NCBI GenBank assembly: GCA_017962845.1
Contig: JAGCUN010000006.1
Location: 2,336-66,335 of the forward strand
Reading direction: 5' to 3'
Length of the DNA: 64,000 nucleotides
Source of the DNA: Bacteroidales bacterium
GTDB taxonomy: Bacteria > Bacteroidota > Bacteroidia > Bacteroidales > WCHB1-69
Under the pieces are notes generated by a model. It was not told the origin of the DNA, made no database searches, and saw nothing but the letters and a program-made list of their open reading frames with translations. This document shows, one piece after another, positions 49,101-56,931 of this stretch (positions within the stretch are counted from its first letter, which is position 1; the number at the start of each line of letters is the position of its first letter). Position numbers and translations under genes: made by a program.

Positions 49101-49603
49101 TATTGTATGGGTGAGAAATAGAAGGTGGCGATATTCATATTGCGCATGACACCTCTCATCTCAACAGATGCCAAGTCTCTATGATAAAACTCATCACGCT
49201 GATAAGTAGCGGCATCCTTTACCAAAGGCAACTCCCCTACTTCCGACTTGGAATAGGAGGGCTGAGCGGGGAAGAGCAGTTCTGTAACGCCCAACTCCTC
49301 AGCAGGATAGTCGATAAAATGCGAGGAAACAACCTCACAATGCACGCCGCTGCAGAGGGGGATCTCCAGCAGTGAGACCGCGACGGGCACCTGCGGCTGA
49401 CCCACCTCTGAAGAGAGCGTGGCACCTTCCATAGAAAGGCGGGAGAAACTGCCGTCGGGAGTAGAAACATTCGTCACCTCCAATGGCGCTGCTGTGCAAT
49501 GCAGGCGTAACCGGCCAGGATTATTTTCTTGCACACTGACAATCTGCGCATTTAGCACAATGACAGATAACAAAAAAAAGGATGTCAGAAGGAATCTTTT
49601 CAT
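46196..49603 (-). CDS. C25 (gingipain, Kgp-like) cysteine peptidase with propeptide and T9SS CTD
   Basis: Propeptide GQPQVP; FVLLVGD, TDLYY, PD.FYGRFSA, catalytic YTAH and GNCC, YHLMGDPS; C-terminal VYPVPA...DMNGR...GLYLI; TAATTTTG box at 49655-49662. Confidence 0.9.
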   Translation of the reverse strand: MKRFLLTSFFLLSVIVLNAQIVSVQENNPGRLRLHCTAAPLEVTNVSTPDGSFSRLSMEGATLSSEVGQPQVPVAVSLLEIPLCSGVHCEVVSSHFIDYPAEELGVTELLFPAQPSYSKSEVGELPLVKDAATYQRDEFYHRDLASVEMRGVMRNMNIATFYFSPIQYNPVTRTIRVYDEVEILVEFDNPDLPATYTMKSLHGNAFVNGLASRVLNPMQPQNREEVYNRPVKMLIVSHSMFRGQLDSFIAWKQRQGLLVDVAYTDDPQVGTTTTSISNYIKSLYNNATDNNPAPTFVLLVGDVAQIPAFSTHVSGESHVTDLYYFTWTDGDNIPDCFYGRFSAQNANQLANILEKVMQYEQYAMPDPAYLNDAVLVAGTDGNYGPTHANGQINYLSNNYVNTAFGYSNVYVHLYNSSSQAATIRAEIGAGVGYANYTAHCSSEGWSDPVFETNHIPSMNNADKYGFMVGNCCLSNKFDDSECFGEAILRAEKKGASGYIGGSNSTYWDEDYYWSVGLRSNINANPTYEAAHLGAYDRMFHTHGEPFSDWYVMAGSIITSGNLSVESSTSSRKLYYWEIYHLMGDPSMLPWLTNPVPMPVSADADLVAGLSTLTVQAVPYAYVALTENGVVIGASMADATGTANLSFAPLVPGNPYEIAATAQGYQPFFQTINVIAPNDAYVVTANPQLAAANEPNYNATVSINATLRNLGVADASNISAVLSTTSSDVTIVENTTTLASLGVSEQQSVDGAFSIYIHDDIADNTMVPFTITTTFNGNQTTTCNFNLTLQAPSLSNAAVSYAELEGNGNTAINPGETAMLRITTRNTGHAPAADAYSHLSCFYDQVTIVNDDLALGSIDAMGNAVSEFTIQVSDNVPEPFIVPFVHTIYAGAYSITDTVYLFVGECVEDFETGDFSKFNWTNSSNAWSVGNGAYEGSYCAVSKSNLSSGSSCTLSLSVTATANDTISYYRKYTAGSSWFGSDNFTFYIDNNVIETVSSTENWSRAAFPISAGTHTIRFVFTRDSYGGSSSTARIDYINFPMNGDMAPLAVEEAQRSLLNVYPVPATQQVTISLPSSDKGYQLVLFDMNGRQIQHRTITGGNSDYQLNINDLRSGLYLISLYNEDGVWTGKIVRAAE

Positions 49604-49690
49604 ATAATTTTGGATTTGGATTTGTAATTCTTGATGCCTAATATTTTGAGCTGACAAAATTACAAAAAAATCCAAATATTGAAAAAGAAT

Positions 49691-51769
49691 TTAGCGTTTT
49701 CTCAAACATCGCACACTGAACCCCATATTTTTCACATTGAGTTCAGGTTCAAGCGCAGCGCAAGTGTAAGGCACATAAACCGATACTGCACTGATGGGAG
49801 CGTAATGGTCATTCACAGTCCAGAAATTGGCATACAACATCAAATCAATGTATTGACCGTATAAAGCATCATAGCGTCCCGCCCCACGAGCATTGAATCC
49901 CGAATTGGGTGAGGTACCCTCATAGCCTGACACCCAATAGAGAGAACTCGGTGACTTGATTTGTTCGGCAGTGCCACCTGCCGCCGCCAACATGATCATA
50001 TATTCATCCACAGTTGGCAACGCCCATCCCTCAGGGCATATTCCCTGAACGTATGGACCAAAGTACCCCATCGAGTCGGCTGGCACAGCGCTATTGTCAC
50101 CCTCGGACACCCGCACCGCCGAATACCAACTATACATCTTTCCATAAATATTCTCCAATGAATCTATTCCATTGTAATAAAAATAATTAGAGACATCAGT
50201 ACCATCCGAATAATGGGTACTCCGCGCATTCTCACCCGTCCAGCACTGACAACCGATACGCACTGATGAATAGCGGAAACCGTCGAAGTCGCTGACCGAA
50301 TCCGCAGGGGTGCCGCAGGGCGGATAGACGACATTCACACGCTGGGTGCAATCCAATGTCAAGCCACACTCATCCTCAACGGTCCACGTCACAATGGTAC
50401 TGCCAACGGGATACATGTTGCCTGACGGTGCATCATTGGAAATCGTGTAGTCCACACCATCCAGAGCAGGAGAATGGTAATAAACGGGGTTGCCGATGTC
50501 CATCAACGTTGTGTCGCAAGCGCCATAGGCCAGCACCACACTCGTGTCGGTCGGACAGGTAAAAGTTGCTTCCGATGAAATCGGAGGAATCACATATAGA
50601 TCCAACGACACCAAGCTGTCGAAGCCCTGCGCGGTTGTTAAGTGAATCAGATAGTTTCCGGAGACAGTCCCCGCTTGAAAAACAGTATCAGCGGTCGCAT
50701 ACGGGAAAGCATTGGAGCAGACGCTATCCGTAATTTCCACAAGGGCCACGGGATTTACCTTGATTTTCAAGGTAATCACACTATCGCAACCATGAACCGA
50801 CTGTAGTGTAACCCGATAGGTATAGGGTTCCGCCTGAGGGGTGGAGATATCCAGTCCCGTAAAAATCGGGTTGACTTGCGATGTATAGGGAAGTGCCGAT
50901 GCACTCACGGTCTCATAACAAGTGTCTTTGTCATACGGTTCATACACCCAAGCCGAACTGGTGACATTCAGGGTGTCGCTATTGAAAATCACGTATGCAT
51001 CATACGAGGTACTCACATCGGGGCTCACCGTCATACTGGCACTTTTAGGGTTGTCGAGCCAGTAGGCGTACGCATCTGTGCCAAAATCGCGCACAGCACG
51101 GATGCGCACTTTTGTACGAGTAGGGTTTGAATGGTCGATGGGGTTTCGGGGGTCATAGAAATACTGGCTTCCCCTGACAACGAGGAAGTTGTTGCCCGTT
51201 CGTGTGGAGGTCCAGTAGTCGTGACCATCAGAACTATTATACGCATACATCCATCGCATACCGTTAGGATCCCCACCCGCATCAATGATGGAGCTTTCAA
51301 TAAACGGAATCAGTCCGAAAATGTGGCGGAGTTGGATGGCATCGGGGATATACCAACCGTTGTAGAAATCCACGGCCTCGGCTGCGGGCGAATGGCCTGA
51401 CTCCAGCAATATACGGGTGTTTTTCTTCCCCTCGTACGACCATTCTGAAATGCCGTATCGCGCCACGAACTCATACGCATGGTTTTCTATTTCAGCCGGA
51501 ATGGTGGCACCTTCATCCAACAAAAAATAAGACTTGTTGTTGCTATTGCTCACCCAGCCAATATCATTCAATGCAACCGCCCAACCCTCTACCGGATTGT
51601 CGGGGTTGACATAGCAAATCACACCTTTCGAACCGTCGGGGAACTCATACACATCGCCAATCTGATAGATCTGCGCCATGATTGCGCCGGCATGCACCAA
51701 CACGATCGCCAGCACTACAATCTTTCTGAAAAACATCTTCAAAGCATTCATTGTCTTACTCTTTTTCAT
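49691..51769 (-). CDS. Secreted protein: N-terminal DUF1566-like domain, GCDS repeats, HYR-like domain, C-terminal FISUMP domain
   Basis: YQIGDVY..DGSKGVICYV..GWYIP..YWTST..IRAVRDF; YPVG.T.VTWTV.D; DFDG..Y..V.IG.QCWT.EN...GICPEGWALPT...GFSVRCL. Confidence 0.8.
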   Translation of the reverse strand: MKKSKTMNALKMFFRKIVVLAIVLVHAGAIMAQIYQIGDVYEFPDGSKGVICYVNPDNPVEGWAVALNDIGWVSNSNNKSYFLLDEGATIPAEIENHAYEFVARYGISEWSYEGKKNTRILLESGHSPAAEAVDFYNGWYIPDAIQLRHIFGLIPFIESSIIDAGGDPNGMRWMYAYNSSDGHDYWTSTRTGNNFLVVRGSQYFYDPRNPIDHSNPTRTKVRIRAVRDFGTDAYAYWLDNPKSASMTVSPDVSTSYDAYVIFNSDTLNVTSSAWVYEPYDKDTCYETVSASALPYTSQVNPIFTGLDISTPQAEPYTYRVTLQSVHGCDSVITLKIKVNPVALVEITDSVCSNAFPYATADTVFQAGTVSGNYLIHLTTAQGFDSLVSLDLYVIPPISSEATFTCPTDTSVVLAYGACDTTLMDIGNPVYYHSPALDGVDYTISNDAPSGNMYPVGSTIVTWTVEDECGLTLDCTQRVNVVYPPCGTPADSVSDFDGFRYSSVRIGCQCWTGENARSTHYSDGTDVSNYFYYNGIDSLENIYGKMYSWYSAVRVSEGDNSAVPADSMGYFGPYVQGICPEGWALPTVDEYMIMLAAAGGTAEQIKSPSSLYWVSGYEGTSPNSGFNARGAGRYDALYGQYIDLMLYANFWTVNDHYAPISAVSVYVPYTCAALEPELNVKNMGFSVRCLRKR

Positions 51770-51783
51770 ATTTGTAATACTGA

Positions 51784-54700
51784 CTAAAAATCAATGGAGG
51801 GACGGACATGGTGCAGGGCATCTTTTGTATTGGACATAAAATGTCCTGAATAATCCAGATGCCAACATCCGTTATCATCTTTTTCAGAAGAGGAGAGGTA
51901 GTAATAGGTCAATGTGCTCAAAGTAGTGGCGCCGTATGCACTTAAGCGGCTTAGGGACTTATTCACCTGCGCCCGATTGCCGAACACGAGGTTCAACTCG
52001 CCCATGGAGGGCAGATACCATCCTCTTGCTTCCGTCGGGTTAACATTTCGAATCACAGGGTCATAATAATAGCAGAAATAGGCCGCTGGGGCATTTTCGG
52101 CAAAACTCTCACTTTCAGCCATTTCTGCATACTGCTTGATGGTCAGCGTATTACCAAATCCATCCAAATCGAACAGAGCATCCCGCTGATTGGGCAGTTT
52201 ACGCTTGCTATGCACAAACTTGTAAACATATTCGCTTGAGTTGCTGGAGGTTCCTCTTCTTGCCCATTTCACGGTATTAGGGTCATCCACGAGAGCCACT
52301 GCCTTACCATGCTGACCGGTAAGGTCAACATAATAGACCACTCCAATAGGGACCTTATCAGAACGGAGGAACGAGTCGACACGAATCACTGAGCCATCGC
52401 TGCACAGCACGTCGCCGGGCGCCATCACGGCGGGGATTTCACCCTCTTGCCAGGTGAGCTTGGGGGTCGTCACCATCACCCCCATCGTGGTCGTTTCGCC
52501 ACGGCAGATTTCATTGTCTGTCGTGTCAATAATCAGAATAATCAGGTTGATAATATCCAGACTATCACAGCCATTGGCGGTGTGTACAATTTCAGAATAA
52601 CGTCCTGTGGTGTCGTATGCGTGTCCTTTCCACATATAAGGATTTCCATTCAACTCGAAATTGGAGGTCACTATCGTAGTATCGTGATATGGGGGCGAAT
52701 TCACGGTCAGGACGAAAGTGACGATGGAGTCGCATCCATTGGCCGCCCCACCCGGGAAACTCTTGGTAAAGAAGTAGGTTCCAGCATTCTTGACCGCTTC
52801 GTCCAATTCCGCTTGAGAGGCCACCTCCGGAACAACATGGTAGATGTCATCGTAGGGCAGAGAATGACTCTGGCACACTTCATCATAAATCGTAGAGTGA
52901 GCTCTCTCGAACACATCCGCCATCACCACACCTGGTTCGTGTTGCACGATAGCGCTCCAGCCGGCACCCGTACTCATGCCCGCCACGAAATAGAGCGAAA
53001 GCTCATTCCCGCTGGAGGTGATGAGGTCAGGAAGCGGACTGTTATACGTAAACACATTCAACATAGAATCAGGGACAAGTTCATGACCAGAAAAGACGTA
53101 TAGATGTGACGTGGTGGAGAGGTTCAATTCTTCAAATAAAATACTGATGGGTTCTCCATCGGTGCTCGTGAAAGTATGGAAGATATTCTCACCTTGTGTA
53201 TAAGCTCCCGACTCACCTCCCGAGTCATACATGCGGTACACATCCCCGCAACCCATCGTGGTCGCGCCCTCTGCAAAATTCATCGTATTATTGGTCAAGC
53301 CGTTAACTCTCGGGCAGTAGCCCTCCTTGATCACGCTGGTATATAGGATGGAGCGCTGGCGAATTTCGGTGGTGTCATACACCGACCATCCATCGTCGGT
53401 CATCACCTCAGATTTCAACAATTGGGTGAGGTGATAATCCCCGTACCAGTTGAGAGTATAGGGCGGCTCCAGGGTAGCTCGCACCTGCAATACCGCATCG
53501 TCTTCGTAGCAGACCGTATCGTTGCGCATAAGCACGTGACAGGCATCCACCATATTGGTGAGAACACCAATATATGTAGTATCAGACGGGTCGGCCACCG
53601 TATAGTCACACCCGTCCGGATCGATGATGTGGGTGGGGTAAATCTTAGCCGGTGTGGTGGTGGAATATGTATCCGTAATGGGCACTCCAGCCTCTCCGCT
53701 GTAGGTGCGCGTCTCAACGCCCGTCCCATTTTCAAAAGCCATCACCAACTGTATTACGCCACTATGTGCTTCGTTGTCGGGAGTGAAGGACAAGGTGACA
53801 TCCTTCCCGGCACAGAAAGTGCCGCCTCCCGTTGTGGTGACCCATGGCGCGCTTGTGACACTCAAATAAATACTGTCATAGATATGATCCTGACAGCCTG
53901 TCTGTGTAATATCCACCTTATACCAACCATCGGAAGCACCGTGTGAGATAAAAATGTAGGGTTCTGGGGAGGTGGAATAAAAACCATCCGGTCCCACCCA
54001 TTCATAATTGAAAATATTGGCCACCTGCAAAGCGTGAATCTGGATTGTGGAACCCTCACAGGTAGTATTGGCCCTCAGTCCGCCGTCGAACCATGTCTTC
54101 TGCAAATCGGCCAGTGTGTAGGGATAGAAATTCACATGGAAGAACGCACCGCAGGCGTCGGCAATCAAACAAGAATAGGGGTGACCGGCGGACATGGGAA
54201 CATTGACGAAACTGCCAGTTTGATTTTCACCCAACAACGTTCCCTGGCGATCTGCTTCGCTGTACAATGAATAGGTGTACGGCAGTGTGCCATTGGCGCC
54301 CTTCACAAAGACGCTTCCGCTGGTGGAGCTTGAGTCGCAGAGAAAAGCGGCAAGATAGTCAAACTGTACCGTCCCTCCACTGTATTGGATGGTGTCGAAA
54401 ACGGCTGTCGGTGAGCACAACGACGACTCTCCCTCAGGGTAGATGCGTATCACGTAAGTTCCTTGTATGCCGATGCGGATGGGGTCGCCCAGCTGGTATT
54501 CGCCGATATCGTATCCTCCCGCGGGGCCGTCCACCACCTGCATTCTCGTATGCAAGGGGGTGGAGACGGGGGCTATATCCAAACCCGTAGAAGGCGATGT
54601 ATTGTGGCTGACACGGACGAACTCGCCCTGTGTGTAGGTGATGTACTGGTCTGTGCACGCCTGAGTAACATTGTATGCCGGCGTTTCCGCCAATTCCACA

Positions 54701-56583
54701 CTATACACATCCCCGAAAGAGACATTCTGGCGCAGATTGAAGGAGTCGCAAGGGGTGATAATCTCAAACTGGTACGGGCCGGAGGGGAGGCAATAATCGT
54801 GTATGGCCAATGCATGCCCGGAGGGGTCGCCATCAACGGAAAGTGTGTTCCCGAAACTGTTTTTTACCACCTGCCACTCCTGCAAAGCCGCATTGTAAAT
54901 GGCAACGAAATTGTAGCGGTTGCCGTGGGGGCTCTCCACCAATCGTACAATCGTCCCGTCGGGACTCATGTCGGTGCTGTTATGCTCGCTCACGCGAATG
55001 GTACGGAGCACCGAGCAGCAATGGTCATTACCATCTGTATGCATTTCCCAAGCAGGGTGGGTGGTGCTGACGTGCAAATCGTATGTCAAATCATCGGTTC
55101 GGTCGAAAAGCACACATCCATGACCGTCCACTAACTTTCGCTCAACACTGTGGGTGAAAGGCAGTTGCTCGGAATAGTAGGCCACCATATCGGAGAGTTT
55201 GAGCTTGCTGGGCGCATCAATCTTGGAAACCGTATCAGTTTTCATGACATGGTCAGTAAGCGGGTCAATATAGATCCACGTAAGCGGATGAGTATAATGG
55301 TAACGGTTAACAGCATGGTCCTCAGCGGGATTGACATACGACGGATGATACGAAGTATAGCGAATGCTATGCTCATCGGTATGAACATAACTGTTCTGCC
55401 CACATGCACCCGAGCCGGTGATGGAGTCCGTCTTTTCAGTATGGTTAGTCACGAAAGAGGCTGCATCCGGGAGGTGATACATAAATGCACGGCTGACCGT
55501 TGTATCGGCGCAGCCCGCCCAGGCAAAGTGATAGTCCAACCGTATCTCCTTGTCATACATATCACAATAGCGATGGGCTTCCGCAATGGTATCATACAGG
55601 TCGGAACTGGCAGACGAGGACAACGGGAAGGCTTTCCAATCCCCTACGGGATGACCATCGTAAGAGAAACGGTACTGCATGTGAGATTGCAGCGCATTGA
55701 CATAATAACTCAAAAATGGTTTCAGCGTGGCAGAAATCTTCACCACATTGCTGTCAAGCGGATTGCCGGAGGAGGCATACACGCCAATCGCATCCAACAG
55801 CGGCACCGACACCACTTCCACAGTTTGTTCAATCCGAGGAAGCCCATATCCACAGCCATCAGTAAGGAAAAAATCCCAATCACCACTGGGCATGTCATCT
55901 ATGGTGTAGTAATCTTTATAATCGTATCGTAACGGGTCAGTACCAGAATATAGCGGTGCGGCGAAATCGACCGTACGCAGAGTGTCCAATACATCATTAT
56001 GGTTGACAACAGTAAGATGGTATGGGAAGCGCCCATTGTCGATAAACAGCTGCACACGCCCTGAAGGCGCACACGACAAAGAGGGTCGCAACCCGAAATC
56101 ATCCTCCGTTAGGGCTGTCATATAAATGGAGGAGACCGTAGGAACAGTGTATGTGGTATGGATGGTCAGCACAGTCTGTGTGTCCACTTTGACGTAGCCG
56201 CCCATTCCATCATCACACAACGCCTCCATACCGAAAAAGTACGTTCCATAATCCATCAAAAGAGTATCCACGCCTCCATAGTAGTAACTTCCGGCATAGC
56301 GCGCTGAATCTTCCTCCCTTTCGCGATAATAGACACGCACCGAAGAGAGTCCTGTAGCCGACAAATCAGCGACCGGTTGATCAGAATCATCCAACAAACA
56401 AAAACACACCTTGCCATTGTTGAAACAGGTGGCATCTACGACGGTAAATCTGACATTGAAGGGGCAATTTTGGGCGAGAGCAGGTTGAAAAATAGAAGAA
56501 AAAAGTAAAAAAAGTGACAAAAAAGGCGCAATTATTGCGAATTTCAGATGCCCATTTTTCTGCATAACTACTAATGTTTTCAA
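51784..56583 (-). CDS. Large secreted Cys-rich Ig-like repeat protein with CUB domain and C-terminal DUF1566-like domain
   Basis: Signal peptide ending ALAQ; YDSGGESGAY...F.SDG..I.I.F...GWSA (CUB); GCDS repeats; PIGVVYYVD..GQHG.AVAL...GWYLPSMGEL...VRP..DF. Start TTG 56583 or ATG 56565; TACTTTTG box at 56623-56630. Confidence 0.75.
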   Translation of the reverse strand: MKTLVVMQKNGHLKFAIIAPFLSLFLLFSSIFQPALAQNCPFNVRFTVVDATCFNNGKVCFCLLDDSDQPVADLSATGLSSVRVYYREREEDSARYAGSYYYGGVDTLLMDYGTYFFGMEALCDDGMGGYVKVDTQTVLTIHTTYTVPTVSSIYMTALTEDDFGLRPSLSCAPSGRVQLFIDNGRFPYHLTVVNHNDVLDTLRTVDFAAPLYSGTDPLRYDYKDYYTIDDMPSGDWDFFLTDGCGYGLPRIEQTVEVVSVPLLDAIGVYASSGNPLDSNVVKISATLKPFLSYYVNALQSHMQYRFSYDGHPVGDWKAFPLSSSASSDLYDTIAEAHRYCDMYDKEIRLDYHFAWAGCADTTVSRAFMYHLPDAASFVTNHTEKTDSITGSGACGQNSYVHTDEHSIRYTSYHPSYVNPAEDHAVNRYHYTHPLTWIYIDPLTDHVMKTDTVSKIDAPSKLKLSDMVAYYSEQLPFTHSVERKLVDGHGCVLFDRTDDLTYDLHVSTTHPAWEMHTDGNDHCCSVLRTIRVSEHNSTDMSPDGTIVRLVESPHGNRYNFVAIYNAALQEWQVVKNSFGNTLSVDGDPSGHALAIHDYCLPSGPYQFEIITPCDSFNLRQNVSFGDVYSVELAETPAYNVTQACTDQYITYTQGEFVRVSHNTSPSTGLDIAPVSTPLHTRMQVVDGPAGGYDIGEYQLGDPIRIGIQGTYVIRIYPEGESSLCSPTAVFDTIQYSGGTVQFDYLAAFLCDSSSTSGSVFVKGANGTLPYTYSLYSEADRQGTLLGENQTGSFVNVPMSAGHPYSCLIADACGAFFHVNFYPYTLADLQKTWFDGGLRANTTCEGSTIQIHALQVANIFNYEWVGPDGFYSTSPEPYIFISHGASDGWYKVDITQTGCQDHIYDSIYLSVTSAPWVTTTGGGTFCAGKDVTLSFTPDNEAHSGVIQLVMAFENGTGVETRTYSGEAGVPITDTYSTTTPAKIYPTHIIDPDGCDYTVADPSDTTYIGVLTNMVDACHVLMRNDTVCYEDDAVLQVRATLEPPYTLNWYGDYHLTQLLKSEVMTDDGWSVYDTTEIRQRSILYTSVIKEGYCPRVNGLTNNTMNFAEGATTMGCGDVYRMYDSGGESGAYTQGENIFHTFTSTDGEPISILFEELNLSTTSHLYVFSGHELVPDSMLNVFTYNSPLPDLITSSGNELSLYFVAGMSTGAGWSAIVQHEPGVVMADVFERAHSTIYDEVCQSHSLPYDDIYHVVPEVASQAELDEAVKNAGTYFFTKSFPGGAANGCDSIVTFVLTVNSPPYHDTTIVTSNFELNGNPYMWKGHAYDTTGRYSEIVHTANGCDSLDIINLIILIIDTTDNEICRGETTTMGVMVTTPKLTWQEGEIPAVMAPGDVLCSDGSVIRVDSFLRSDKVPIGVVYYVDLTGQHGKAVALVDDPNTVKWARRGTSSNSSEYVYKFVHSKRKLPNQRDALFDLDGFGNTLTIKQYAEMAESESFAENAPAAYFCYYYDPVIRNVNPTEARGWYLPSMGELNLVFGNRAQVNKSLSRLSAYGATTLSTLTYYYLSSSEKDDNGCWHLDYSGHFMSNTKDALHHVRPSIDF

Positions 56584-56865
56584 TGAGTTATGATTTTTAT
56601 ATGACTAAAATTTTTAAGGGCGCAAAAGTACAAAAAAATCCATACAGTCACCACATTTTTTCAATCTACTAAAAAAAGCTTTCAATTAACTAAAAAATAC
56701 CTCACTTTTTACTGAACAATTTGCATACAATTTCCCCAAAAAAACCTCGCCATAAAATCCCCCCAAAAAAAATCCCACATTCGAATCAAGCTTTTCACCC
56801 ATCGAACCCCGAAGCCTATGCATCAGGCACTGAGCATGGCTCAACCGTAGCCCCTCTACAAAAAC

Positions 56866-56896
56866 AAAAAGGCCGCCCCAAACGGAACGGCCTCTT
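56866..56896 (-). terminator. Intrinsic terminator after the FISUMP/fibre gene
   Basis: Minus strand AGGCCGTTCC-GTTT-GGGGCGGCCT followed by TTTT. Confidence 0.8.
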
Positions 56897-56931
56897 GAAA
56901 AAATATCTCGAATTATGAATTTCACCCGATG

